Assembly (NCBI GenBank): GCA_028534125.1
Contig: CM052817.1
Location: 46,440,001 to 46,504,000, forward strand
Reading direction: 5' to 3'
Length of the DNA stretch: 64,000 nt
DNA from: Lama glama
Lineage: Eukaryota
The notes under the pieces were generated by a model. The model ran no database searches and was not told where the DNA came from. It saw nothing but the letters and a program-made list of their open reading frames with translations. Below, piece after piece: positions 23,988-37,400 of this stretch. The first letter of the stretch is position 1, and every line of letters begins with the position of its first letter. The position numbers were made by a program, and so were the translations under genes.

Positions 23988-26883
23988 GGATGTGTGGTAA
24001 CATGTGTGTAAGAGTGGTCAAGGGGTGCCCAACCCTGATAAATACCAGGCAAGTCAAATTCCTGCTAAATTTTATTTTAAGCATCACTGCATGTTCCCAC
24101 TCTCCCTTTCTCAATACCCATCTCCCTTACACATATATAACACTCTCCTTAGGCAAGAACTAGACTGAAATATTACATATATTTTCTTTGTATTATTATG
24201 TAACATGACCTGCCTTTCCTATAATGCAATTTATAGGCTTAATAGACACTTTTTATGTCCCTGAAAGCATAAGTATGTGGCCCTTGGAAAAGAGAGTTAC
24301 CTTCCCTTTCCTGTTTCCAAGGAAAGCAGATGCCCCTGTTGTGGCTATTGATAATGTTGGGATTTGTTTGGAGTATGTGGATAAAACCGGAGCCAATTGC
24401 CATCAAAGCCTCACTGAGCTCCTTTCTGTCTTCCAAATTTATTATCTTTTGGGATTTTATCCAGCAGCTAGAAGCAAACTCATCTTCCCTTGCGTTATAA
24501 AATAAACTACTTGTTTCTACCATCCGAGTATAGAAAACAAGATCCAGCATCTTTATTTTTCCTTTTATGATTAATCTAACAGAAGCATGTATACTACAAT
24601 TCATGTAAAAGATTCATAACCTGCAGATACATGCGGGATCAAGCAGGCAAGTTCCTCTTCACCATTACTCCACATTCCTGCCCTCTGATAGTAACCACTG
24701 GTAACAATGTGGCATTAGTTTTCTATTCTGTCTGCAATTATCTATGCACATATACATATACATAGAGCCACAAACATAACACACAAAGATACACGTATAT
24801 ATAGAGAGGTAGATATAGATCTTTTTTATATACATGGGGTTATTACACAGCTTTCATTCTTTAAAAATATGTCCTCAGCATCCTTTCATGCTCCCTCAGT
24901 GTCATTTTTCCTCATTTTTTTAAACATCTGCATAACATTCAAAAGCATGGGCAATTGTTGTCCAATTTCTGTCTCCTTGGTGGGTTTGAGCATGTCTCCA
25001 GTTTTGTACTTATACAAATTGCAGTAAGATCTTTACTCCTCACTTCTCAGACCCTAATTAAGGGTCCTGATCTCAAACCCCACAGAACATAGACAAAGCC
25101 CCGCAAAGACACAGAGATGGACCTACACATCACGTGCTGACTTGTATATGCTATTTCTGGATCTCGTCCTGTCTATGAGACTTGCTTCCTCAACAGGATT
25201 GTACACCTCTGAAGGCAGAAGTATGTCCAAGGTTTCTTCGAGCCGATGTATCCTACAGTGGGTAGGATAACTCAATACATAGTAGGTCTCAGCTACATAG
25301 TATTAATGAATAAAGCAATGAATACGTATCACTAAAGGAAACTTTCTCTTTCCTTTCTCATCAGCCACAATTCTCAAACCAGACTCCACATGACCCAGAG
25401 TACATGTGGTATAAGAAGGTGATTTGGAAGGCTGGGTAGAAAGGATGAGGCCCACACACACATGGTCTTCCTCTTACAAGTATGTACAAATCTTACACAA
25501 TATTCAAACTTCCCACTTTTTTTTTCTTACTTTATATACCTTTACCATTCTAGAAGAAATCTTAAAATAGTAAATGTACAAAATGACTTTTTATCAAAAG
25601 AATAACCATGGTAAATAATTTTTCCAAGCTTTTTAAAAGAAACTTTTAAGCCAACTTTCCCTGCTGTTTAGCAGTTATAGAGTATGTTTAAGTTCTTAGG
25701 TTCTGTTTTACAATGTATTCCTTATTTGTCTCCATCTCATTTGTTTTCTTCTTATAACTTACAGTCTAGCAGTAGAACATATTAAATTAAAAGGATTTCC
25801 CACCTCTCTCAACCCCAAAATTCATAGTCTAAAAAGTGAGCTTAAGGAAAATCTTAAGCTGAAAATGAGTATCCTTCTAAGAGCTGACAGTGTGAATTAC
25901 AGAGAGATTCTCAACAGGAAACAGAATAAGGAGAGCAAACTCCTTTTTAGTCCTTCTTGAGGGATGGCTGTATAGTCTTTCCCCATTATTGTGATTCAAA
26001 TATTGCTAATTCACAAATCAGGCATATTTTTATTCAGACATAAGCTCAAAATTATTTCCAGAGCAAGATAAAAAGGTTTTTGGCGTTAGTCACAATATCT
26101 TTCTGTTTCTATCCATCACATTGCAACATGTTGTTTACTGTATTTATTGGTTTCACTGGACACTTCCCCGCCTGCAGACACTATCCACATTTCTTTCCTG
26201 CTTCTGAGTAAGATGACTCAAAAGTTCCTAATCCTTTTGGGAAACCATAGGGAATGATTTCTGAACGACTGAAGCTTTTTTAGATGATACCAGGAAAGAG
26301 GTAGGCAGACATGTAGTCCAGGATCATCTACTCATTGTCTTAACCAACAAGTGTATTTTGTCACAAAAGATACATCGTCAGCAAGGTTTGTGAGGAAGTA
26401 CTAACACATTTCTTGAGTCATGAAAATTCCACAAGCCTATTAGTCAGCACTGGAGGTAACTGAGCTTTTGCTAGTTTTCATCTATTCAATAAATATTAAT
26501 TTAAGCATCTACTATGTGCCAGGAAAGTCTCTTTGTTGTATGACTTAGTCATCTAATTACTTCTTTTCTAAAAGTGAGACCTCAAACATTCATGCAAAGC
26601 AATGGCATGGAAATACGAATCTGCTGCTGCTACTACTACTGTTGCTGACTGCTAGTCCCATGATGTGTACAATTCTCTTTGATTTCCATGAAGAGAAACA
26701 TAATACAGATATAGACAAACTGACTTACAGAAATGGGTAAAAAATACTTCAAAATCAGTTATTCACGTAAAAGAAGTTAGCTTATATAAAATTATAACAT
26801 ATACGAATGTTAGAAAATTAGTGTTGGGGCTCTTGGGCTTAAAAATAACTTGACAGTTTTATATAAATTGTCACCCTGGCTTT

Positions 26884-26906
26884 GTGTGTGTGTGTGTGTG
26901 TGTGTG
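26884..26906 (+). repeat. (GT)n microsatellite
   Basis: Direct reading. Confidence 0.9.
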
Positions 26907-27825
26907 TTAAATTGCTTTATCTCTTTTTCCTTTAAGTCACTGTATAAACAACAGTGTCATTCAGGAAACCAGCAAGTTTTCTAAGCCTCAAAACAGAACT
27001 TACCTGTTGGTTCTTTTAAAAGAAAATATCTAAGGACATTGGAGGAACATTAACCATTAAAATCAAGACCTATATGAATTCTGCCTTACAGAGAATGTTT
27101 TGAACTGACACCACCCACATATGAAGGAAGTAATCTATTGCCTAAGTTCATTCCAAAAGCAGTTGGTACAGAAGATCCTTGGGATAATAAAACTGGGGGT
27201 CAGTTTGTTAAAGCACTGTAATCAATGAATTGAAATACTAGCCAATAAAAGATTTCCTGTAAGTATGGAAATCTAATATGTGTGCCGTGTAACTGAGCTG
27301 ACAAGAATGATCCAGACATCAATTACTCAGGCACTAATTCAGTTGAGGCCGTACATCACCCGTAGGTGGTGCACGGAGGGCAGTAGGGGAGAGTGGGGAG
27401 GGGGAAGGAGTTGAGGGGGAAATTCCTGCCTGGGTGCTGTGGTACAGGAACAATGCCAAGTTTTGCAGGCCTGAGAATTTTTATTGTAATAATGTTGATT
27501 AATCATTTGTCGAATCTCAGATGTATGATGGTCCTTTTCGGATCCTCTTTGGCTGTGTGACAAGCCACCCCAACGTAGTGGCTTACAACAACAGTTAATT
27601 ATTTCTGACAATTCTGTGAGCTAATGAGAGGTTCTTCTGCTGTCATTTTGCCTGAGCTCACATAGGTGGGTGTAGCAAGTGGAATGGCTGAAAAGTCCAA
27701 AATGACCTCATTCTCCTGGAGGTGGTTCGTGCTGGCTTGTGACTGAGATTTCTGCAGGGGCATCTTGATCCTCCTACTTCTTCTCCTCTTTTAGGTAATA
27801 TTGTTTTATTTAATCAGGAGTAAAG

Positions 27826-28020
27826 TAAGAATGGAAAGGAGGAAGGAAGGAAGAGAGCAGGACAGAAAGAGAGAGGGGAGACAGGAGGAGGAAAGAGAAG
27901 AAGGAAAAATAAGGAAAAGAAAAGACAAGAGCTTTCCACTCTCCTCCACATCCCCTCCCCTTTCCTTTCTTCTCTTTCCTTCTACTTCTCTCGTCCCTTC
28001 CTTCCCTTTTCTCCCCTCCC
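27826..28020. repeat. Purine-rich tract followed by pyrimidine-rich tract (low complexity)
   Basis: GA-rich 27826-27930, then CT-rich 27932-28020. Confidence 0.7.
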
Positions 28021-28819
28021 CACCCCAAAACCCACAAGCGTCTCCTAAATGCTCGTTCAGTTCCTCTGGGTGCGGCACCTCGGCTTTCCTCGCAGAAAGA
28101 TTACAGCTGACTTCCTAATCCACAGGTCCCACTGCCTGAGGGGCCATCTCATCTAAAGCGATGCCCACACCCCAGGGGTCCCGCACAGCCAGTGACTGGT
28201 TGGTGGGAGGATCCAGAGGTCTGCCTCCCTACCACAATTCAGAGTAATTCCAAGAGGCCGTCCCAGCTCCAGAACGTCTCATGGGACCACTGGACTCTTC
28301 ACTACAATAGCAACTGTCCCTCTGCCCACTGCTGCATCCTTACTTCCCGACAGAGGTTAATTTTTAGAGCACTTCAGCCCGCGGATCTCCTCTCAGAGTT
28401 CTATTCTAGCCAGTGTAACCTAAGATACTCTTTCTCTTAGAAAAAAAAAAAAATCTAGTTCCTTTCATTCAGCCTTCAAGAAAAGCTTCGTCAGAGAAAG
28501 TTCTAAGTAAATTTGCTGCCAAAAGACCTCAACTTAGGCTGAGAGCTTCTCATCTTTGTAATCTCCATAGCATAAGGGTCTTGCTCAGGGTCTAGTGTGT
28601 AACAAGATTATCAGTAAATGTCTATACTGATATTTGTTGGATAAATGTTTATAAGAAGGGAAATGCCTCATACATTTTTATAATATTATCATGTAAGTGA
28701 CAGAAAATACGGAGAGAATGTGAATGCATTGCTTCCAGAAGCTTCCTAAATAAGACTGGTGGGAAAACATTTCTTAGAAACACTAAAAATTAACCATTCA
28801 CATATAGGTGCAAAGAATA

Positions 28820-29095
28820 TTAATAAATATGAAAAAAATAAGAGTGCTTAAATGATAGAGTTTTCAGTTTCCTCATTTGTAAAGGGGAGTTTGAATTAGG
28901 AGACTTGGGGAAGGAACTAACATTTATCAAGAAACTGCTCTGTTCCCAGCTAGCCCTTATTGCTTGAGAGATAGATCCCACTGTACTGATTCTACAGATG
29001 AGAAAACTGAGGGATGGAGAGGTTAAATAAATTGCCATGGTCACATAGCTAAAAGTACCCTAAACTAGATTTGAACTGCAGTTCCTCTGACCTTG
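28820..29095. mobile_element. MIR fragments
   Basis: CAGTTTCCTCATTTGTAAA and TTCTACAGATGAGAAAACTGAGG cores. Confidence 0.6.
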
Positions 29096-30384
29096 CTCCT
29101 CACCACAAACCAGAAAGCAGTATCACTGGCCTCTCTTGATGGAAATGGCTCAAATCAACTGTTTTTCTCTTTGTCCGCCTCTGCGGGTAGACCAGAAATA
29201 ATCTTCATACATTTGTGTGCAGGGGAAACACACAACATGGATTTTTCAGAGGGCAAGGGGTGTTCTTGCAGTTTCTCAATATTTAAGAAACTGGACTCTA
29301 GACTTTGTAGAAACAAACTTTTACACCTAAACTCTAGGTCTTTCTATGTCATTATTTCACTCTACATATTTGAAGCATGAAGAATCCTTCTTGGGAATAT
29401 AATATTAGCTTTCTGAGTAAAAGCCACTGAGGCTCATCCGCCAAAATCGGAATCATGTACATTTCCTTGTCTTCCGTGACTTAGGCAGGGAGACGAATTG
29501 AAATCCCCAGGTACCTCTTTTGTCCAGTAAATTTCTCGATTTGCAACATCTAGGAAGGACTTCTGAAGTTATGAACAACAGGAGAGTTAACCACAGAAAT
29601 TCTTTTCCTTATGCAAGAATTAAAACTGTGATAGATAAACAAAGCCACTAGTCATATTTTATCATAGATCTTGGTCATATCTTCAGGAATTAAAGGATTA
29701 TGTGAATGTGTCAGAGGAAAACAAGAAACTCTGGTAGAATGAAGGGCATTGATTATACATTGAAAATTGTCTATACTAAAGGAGGAACATCAAGTAAATT
29801 TTAGCTGAGCATTTATTTGATTCCTAGTGATTTCCTATACAGGAGTGAACTTCAGAGGGATAACAGAGTGAATATAGAAGTTAGGGGTTTGTGTGAGAAC
29901 AATATAAGACATAGCCCTAGAAGAAGTGCATTAGATTAATTTCCCTTAGATACGTTTGCTAGTCTTTGAGTGCAAGTGGCAGGATCAATTGTAGTAGTAG
30001 GACTGGTGAGAAGTAGCTGTCATTGCAGTTCTTGTAGAAGGTTATAATTTGGTAATATACTGTGATCTATTTTCTTTATAAATGACCAATTATAGCATGA
30101 ACATGCAAATACAATTTCGAGGATACTGCAGTAAGTTCTTATTCTATGGTCTATGCACAAATTAAACTTATAAATCTTGCTTCTGGGAAAAACAAATATA
30201 TTGAATGAGGATAAAGAAAAAAGTAATCAGTAATGTTTATTTCTTCACAGAACATATATTTTACTCATCCAAAGGGCACTTTGTGTGCTTTCCTTTGTTA
30301 TGATTAGGCACTTACTCAATGACTATTTTGGAGCTGATATAATAAATCAGAGATTGTTTAAAACATTTAAAAATTGTTTTCTTT

Positions 30385-30512
30385 TTATTATTTTTGTTGG
30401 GGGAGAGGTAGGTTTATTTATTCATTTATTTTTAAGTGGAAGCTCTGGGGACTGAACCCAGGTCCTTGTGCACACCTAGCACACACTCTACCACTGAGCT
30501 GTACCCCACCCC
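30385..30512 (-). mobile_element. tRNA-derived camelid SINE (Vic-1-like)
   Basis: Reverse complement GGGGTACAGCTCAGTGGTAGAGTGTGTGCTAGG..CCTGGGTTCAGTCCCCAG plus A-rich tail. Confidence 0.8.
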
Positions 30513-32163
30513 CGCCAAGACAGCAAAATTTATCTTTCAAACATTTATGGTAATTTGGTTTGCTAAAAGTGTTTCCTTAGGATTAGTGTATAATTTGTAG
30601 GTTCAAGGGAAAAAATGCTATTTGAAAGAGTGAAAAAAGACCATAGAAATGTAATCATTTTTTAAAAATTTTTGTTATTTTGTGCTCTTTTATATTGCTG
30701 AAAAAAACTGTCAGCCAACCCATCTCTTTGGATCTACTCTAAGTTTTTATATATCTTTGTATCTTGCTGGGTGGAAAGATGAAAAGATTTAGAATAACTT
30801 AGGTTATATTAATATATACTAATAAATACAAATGTATGTTAACATAAGTGTATATAATATATTAATCCAATTAGGGAATGTGAGCATGTATACTAATTGG
30901 ATTAGTCTCTTTCCTTTTGTTTTCTTGCTATTCCTAAGAATGAGCTATTTACACGTAATTGCTATTTTAATACCAGAGAGACAGTGGACTTGTTTAGATC
31001 CCTCATCTGTGTAAGCACCTACCATGTGTGAGGCACTATCCTGGGAACTGAAATGAACATGATGAACATGGCCCTGCCCACATGGAATTTGCAGTGAAGT
31101 TGGAACAGACGCTAAATCAATGGCCACATGTACGTGGTCTCTGTTGGCTCCATCGTCATGGCGGTGACAAGACGCTATGAAAGAAGAGGGCAAGGTTCTA
31201 CGGCAGGATATAAATGGAGCTTTAATCTGGTTGGGGGAAAGGATCAGAGAAGCCTTAAGTGACAGGTAAACAGGCCTGGAAGGAAGGTTGAGAATTAGTC
31301 AGGTGAAAGTGTGTTATAGGTCAAGGGGACTGCACATAACAAAGCTCTTGAATTAGTTGTAGACAAGAAGGAGAAAAGACGGTAAAGGAGCTACAATTTA
31401 TTCAGTACCTACCACGAGCCAGGTGACTGATTTTAAGACACTATCTGACAACCTGAAGTTTTAGGATAGTTTATTAATTCACTTACGTTAGTCTGTGTGA
31501 GCTACTGGGGATGTAGAAATGAATGAAATATGGTAGGTGTTCTGGGAGAACTCTTAGTAGGGTTGGGTAAAAAACCCTATAAACAAATAAAAGCAATGCA
31601 ATATTGGCTAGTCCTATAAATTCAATATTTAGGCGATGCTATGGGAACAACAAAATGGAAACCGTAAGTTCTGCTGGGAGTGCCACGGAAAACATGAAGG
31701 ACGTATTGTTTGAAGGACGAATAAGCTTCTTCCTGTAGGCAGAAAAGTGGGAAGGTCCTTCCAGGTAGAGACCCTACCAAGTGCAAAGGCCTGGGCCCGG
31801 AAAGAACATGACCAGTTGAGGAACTAAATCCCTCACTGCAAAAATGCTAGGGAAAAGTAAAATTGAAGTAGAAATTCAGAGTCATGAGACAGAACCAATT
31901 TGTCCTGCTTCACAACTCTTAATTCATGTCTAGGAAATAGCCCATAAAGGACTTAAGCTAAGGAAGTCTTACCTATTTACATTTTCTAAAGAACCCAAAA
32001 GTTGTTGGATCTGTGAAGGAGTGGCTGGAAGTGGAATGAGCTCGGAGAAAGGCTGAACTAACGCAAGGACATTGGGAAACAAGGGTCCTCTCTGCTAGTC
32101 AGAGAGGAACACAATTAACTTTTACAAGAAGGAAGAAAGAACATGACTAAATTTTATAAATCT

Positions 32164-32169
32164 TTTATT
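32164..32169 (-). terminator. Probable CXCL6 polyadenylation signal
   Basis: AATAAA (minus) at the end of a ~1.1-kb AU-rich 3'UTR, followed by U-rich sequence. Confidence 0.6.
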
Positions 32170-33263
32170 TTTTCCCAAAGAACAAAAGAAGTACTGTAAA
32201 CCAATGACACAATTTAAAAGTGCAATTTTAACATAGTAAATGTGATACATTATGTAATTCTTTATAGCGCAATGGTCAGACCTTAAAAAGATACAGTATA
32301 AGCATCTACAAATCTTAGCAGTGCTGTGCATTTTTTGAAAACTAAATGATGAGTTTACATGCAGAGCTCAAATATGTTTTCAAAACTTTCAGAGTATAGA
32401 GTGTTGTTAAGTTTGCCATTATTCTTAAAAAAAAAAAACTAAACAGATGTATTTCTATAAAAGCTAGAAATAAGGAATTTACCTATTTCCTAGCTTCTAC
32501 ATCCATCCATCCAAAACATATTTAGTGACCAGAATTATAATACTTCTAATAAAATAGTTAATAAATATCATAAAATCAAAGTTTAGTAAGTCATGACATT
32601 ATGCCATACAAAGAGACATCAAATGTCTAAATTTATAAGAGAATACACTAGTCCTTATAAAACTTACACATTTAGAAATTCTAAATAAGGAAATATATTC
32701 TACACAGATAACTGTATAATACACTCAGATTTCTAATGCAATACAAATTAAATAGCTTCCTGGGGTCAAGAGTAAGGAAATTCTGTAACATATTCCCCAA
32801 GAAACAATATTATAATAGTACCTATCTCATCAGAGAGTGAGGATAACAGTTTATCTCCAAATACAGCATTTTAATGAAATGCCATTCACATTTGAAACGC
32901 ACAGCTCTTTCTGTAACACTAGAAGAAGTATATTCTAGAAATACAAGTCATCTTGAAAAATTAACATCCAGTGATTATGCACAATTTAGTCAATTGCCAA
33001 AGATTGCAATAGCATAGCAGATAAAGTAACAGCAAATAAGGAGCAGGAAATACTATGCTGAACACTTCATAAACTGAGCAGAAAGCTGAAGGGACAAACA
33101 TAGGTTCCCTCCTCTCATCCCTCTCTCATATGGGGAATTCATGAGGAAACCTATCTCACTGCAGGGAACAGCCTTTATGTCTTGTCTTCACTAGGTCCAA
33201 CGAGCCCCAGAAAACCATTCCGTTGAAGAACTGGGTGATTTTTCCAATGCTTGGTTCCTTCTC

Positions 33264-34240
33264 TTAATTATTGTTTCCACTGTGGAGGAAAAAAAGCGTA
33301 TCAGTTTAACCAAATTTCCACACACCTGTCTACCCGCACCTGTTTTCAAAACAGAGTTTAGGATCAACTAAAAGAAAAGGGTGGATTCAAGACTATACTA
33401 ATAAAAAATGCGTCTCAGGAATGAATTCTTCCTAACCTCCTAGGCAATCGCCTGTTGATAAGGGTTTTCCCAGGACATTCTAGAACAACTTCCCCCTCTT
33501 TTCCTGAGTAACCTTTGTATTCTAAGCATAGTCTGGAATGTGGTAGCCAAACCCCCTGCAGAGAATAGGACCTTTAGAAGTCCACATTTCAAGAGAGATT
33601 AAGAAACCACAAAGATCCAAGTGACAGCTACCTGTCCAGCATTTTCTGGATGATCTTCCTGATCAAAGGAGCTTCTGGGTTCAGACAGACTTCCTGTCCG
33701 TTCTTCAAGGTGGCACTGCATAAGGATAAAGAAGATACACCCATGAGATGCAGGGACTGAAGACCCAGGCTGGGGAGACTTCCCTCTTGCCAAGATCACA
33801 GTGAACACCATAGCGCATGAGGACTTACATCACTTCCACCTTGGAGCACTGCGGTCCTGAGGCGATCACCTGCAGGTTACTGATTATTTTCGGATGAACC
33901 CCCGTGTTGGTGGTTAAACACATGCATCGCAACTCTCTCACTACGGCTGCGACAGGACCAGCTAGGGCAGAAAGAGAGACTTCGTTATAGTTGCCAGTTG
34001 CTGGCAGAGCTCCCCCCGGCCAGCCCGCCCGAGACGCTCCCCCGCGCTCAGGCCGCCGCGGCCGCCTGGCAGGCGGGGCGGCTCGGTTCCGCCGGCGGGG
34101 GTGGGGGTGCGTCCGGCTCGCTGGGCGCTCTCACCGCTGGCGAGGGGCCCCGGCGGCGTCAGCAGCAGCAGCGCGAGCAGCGCGCACAGCGAGCCCGAAG
34201 GGCCGGAGATGCGGGCGGCGCGGCTGGGTAGGAGTCTCAT
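33264..34240 (-). CDS. CXCL6: C-X-C motif chemokine 6 (GCP-2; the artiodactyl CXCL5/CXCL6 gene), 4 exons, 112 aa
   Basis: Exons 34240-34135, 33961-33829, 33715-33632 and 33279-33264, all [120 protein letters not shown]5 versus CXCL6 naming is ambiguous without a phylogeny. Confidence 0.92.
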
Positions 34241-34340
34241 AGTAGCGAAGAGAGAGCGGCGAGACGAGTTCAGGAGGAGGGAAAGGCGCGGGGATTTGAA
34301 GCTTCGTAGCACTGTGACTTCTTCGAGTCCTGTGCATCCC

Positions 34341-34426
34341 TTTTATCTGCACTCGCCCCCTCCCCCAGGCAGGAAACTCAATCTTTGGGATGCTTGGGAA
34401 ATTCCCTGGACTGAGAGGGGCGGGGG
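34341..34426 (-). promoter_or_regulatory. CXCL6 proximal promoter: TATA-like GATAAAA, NF-kB site, GC box; inside a CpG island (~33950-34600)
   Basis: GATAAAA (minus) 34341-34347; GGGAATTTCCC (minus) 34396-34406; GGGGCGGGG ~34417-34425; dense CpG over exon 1/intron 1. Confidence 0.85.
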
Positions 34427-37400
34427 AAGGGGGGCTGGGTGGAGGGGGCTGGGCAGTGATGGTTGAGGAGCGCGGTTGGGAGGAGTTGCCCGCACCCGTT
34501 CCGCGGTGGACGTGGTAGCTCGCCCAGCGGTGGAAGAAGCTGCCTCTCCCGCTGGAGGCGAGGAACACGCGGAGATGTCATCCTCTGGGCCAGCCCGGGC
34601 TAGCAAAGGCCAATTTCTCCTGGGGTACAGAATCTTTTTGGAGGTGCCCCTCGTCTCCATCTGAAAAGGAGGACTGGGTACAAAGTAAGCGAGAGGTTTG
34701 ACTTTAGAAAACTTTCTGAACGGCCTTTCTAATTATTGTTACTCATATTATTATTCAGGAAATGTAAACCACGATTAAAACTGCACTAAACTGAAAGACC
34801 TCCCACTCTCCTGCCTGCAGGCACACCATTCTGGGCTCCTCAGATCAGTTCATGATTCTCTGGACTTCAGCCAGCATTAGAAGCCAAGACAATATGATGA
34901 AAATGTCTCTACTCCCACTTGAACTTCATGGGAAGAGCAGGCTCCCAAATCAAGTCTACTTACTGGAAGCCTTTTGCTTAGTTTTTCAAGCATATATGTG
35001 TCAAGGTGCTTTAACAAATCTTCAAGAACCACCCAGCAAATTGCCCTGGGAAATGATGCCTTGCTTTCTGCAGTTCAATACACTATGGGATTGGAAGAGG
35101 CATGGTCTTGGTTGGGGGTGGGATAGGGTGGGCTGAGTGCAGACTATAGCAATGCCAGAGAGCCCAGCCTGTTCCAGCTGTGGCTCCAGACCAGCCAGAC
35201 GTGTGTGGACCCAATCTGGAGAAGCTGTTGAGGCTGATGAGTTTGAGGGGCTCACCTGAAGTCTGGTCTAAGGATTTGAATCAATTTGGCAGCAAGACAG
35301 CACCCACTCTGGCTTCACTCAAACAACTTAACGGGGTGGAAGTGTGACTCACGCACACAAGCTTCTGGAACCATCTAGCTTCATGATCAATGGTGTGACC
35401 AAGCCTGTTTCCACAGTTCTTCTCCATATGGGATGAGCCCAGAGCTGCCCCTTGAAGTTGAGGGGTGAAGTAGCTTCTGGCTTCCCCTATGTCTCTGTCT
35501 CTGTCTCTGTGTGTCTCTCTCATCTGAGGAAGTAGGTAGAACTCTGAAATCTTAATGGCTAGGTCTTTCATTTGTCTAGCACCATGGCAGGCATGGCTAT
35601 GTAAGCTTTCTTTCATGGAAATCTAACTAGATCCTTTTCTGGATTGTTCTCAAGACTCTTCTCCTCACAGTAGGCCAGTCAAGGCAATCAGTAAACATGA
35701 TGACAATCAGAAACCAGTCAACCAGTCACAGAACAGAATTCTTTTCCTTGTCCCGCATGACCCTGGGGAATTTTCTTAGCTCCTCTACACATCTTCCTTG
35801 GCAGGACATCACCTCCACTCGTGAGCAAGGAGGAGGTGTCATAGAATACTGTAGAACTTTTAGTCTGGAAGGAAAAATGAAAAAATGCTCTAGGTGAGGG
35901 AGGCTGAGAGGTCTGACTTCCCTTTGTGGGAAGTTAAACAGGAAGTTCTCTGTCCTTTCCAGCTTCCTGATACCATCGGCATCATACCTGACTCAGCTCA
36001 TGCAACCCTTCATTCTTCTGAGGAGTGGTAATCTGGGAAAACAGCCTTCAGATTTATTACATTGTCTTTTTAGATGTTAGAATGTATCAAAAGACAAAAG
36101 CTTCAATAATGTGGAGAAAATAAAACTTCAAAAATATGACTTAAAAATCCTGGGCAATTAAATTCAACTTAACTACTGGGAATAAACCACAGTATAAGAC
36201 TTCCTGTGGAAAAAAGGTTTAATGACATAAGTTATTGAGGTTTATATGTGTGTGTGTGTATGTATATATGTATGTGTGTTTAGATTCCAAATAAGTTGTT
36301 TTAAATACAAAAGAACATGAATTAGTTTTGGCACCAGATGGTAAGATCAGAGAAGGGCCATGAGACGTGATTTCCATGCTTCACTTGATTTGCACTCTAA
36401 ATCAACTTACCATGGGTTGTTTACAGAATTTAAGGCACAAATAAATATTTCTACAGCTGGCAAGCAGATAATAGGAAGCCTGCACTAGAAATAGGCTGTT
36501 TGGCCCCCTAACCTAATCAGTAAGCAGTGTGTAACTTAACCTGAGTTCTTATTGAAATCATTCTGGTGCATTGCCTGTTTCTGGCTCCTGTCTAGACATT
36601 CCTGATACAGACCTTGTGCAAAGACAGATAGGAATGTGGATGGTCCAAAGACTCCCTGCAGGTGACAATGACAGCCCCAGATACCATGGGAGGCAGGCCT
36701 CTTAAAAAGTCATCACTGCTTTGTTGACAACTTGAAGGGAAGCCATTTGTCTTACCTATACTGTGTCCAAGTAGTAGAGAAAGACACCGTGTTATTCTTG
36801 TCCCAAGGTATAATAAAACAATCCACAAAATGACATTCTGATTGCTTGGAAGGTTTCCTGTTTGTCAAAAGCAATCAAATTTTAGTCGTAACACCTTGGA
36901 GTAATTAAATAGGAATTAAAACGTTCTTTTTGGCGTGCAGGTTTCAAAACACTTTCATGTTCCTGATCCTTTGAGCCTCATATTGATTCTTTGAGGCAGC
37001 TAAGAAACATTTTCCTATCCTCATTTTTCAGCTAGGGAAAGAAAGTAAGGCCCAAGGAAGGGTTAAGAAGTAGAAAATCCAAGATTGGAAGCCAAGCAGT
37101 AGAGAATCTGCCCCAGGAAATTTTTAATGGTTTCCAGATTACAAACCACTTTCTTCACAGCCGCTGGCAAACACCCCAGGGTTCTCCGCATCTGGTTAAC
37201 CACTTTACTTTATTGCCCAACAACCGTATTTTAAGTTGTTGAAATCCTCAGTTTAACTACTCTTGGCCTTTGAGACCACAACGATGTCAAACATCCAAGA
37301 GACTTACAGGTTAACCAGCCTAAAACTGTCACCAGTATTCCAAATACTTCTCTGCAAGACCAGTGCAATGTCTTGTCTTCTCTGAAAAGGTTTACTTAGA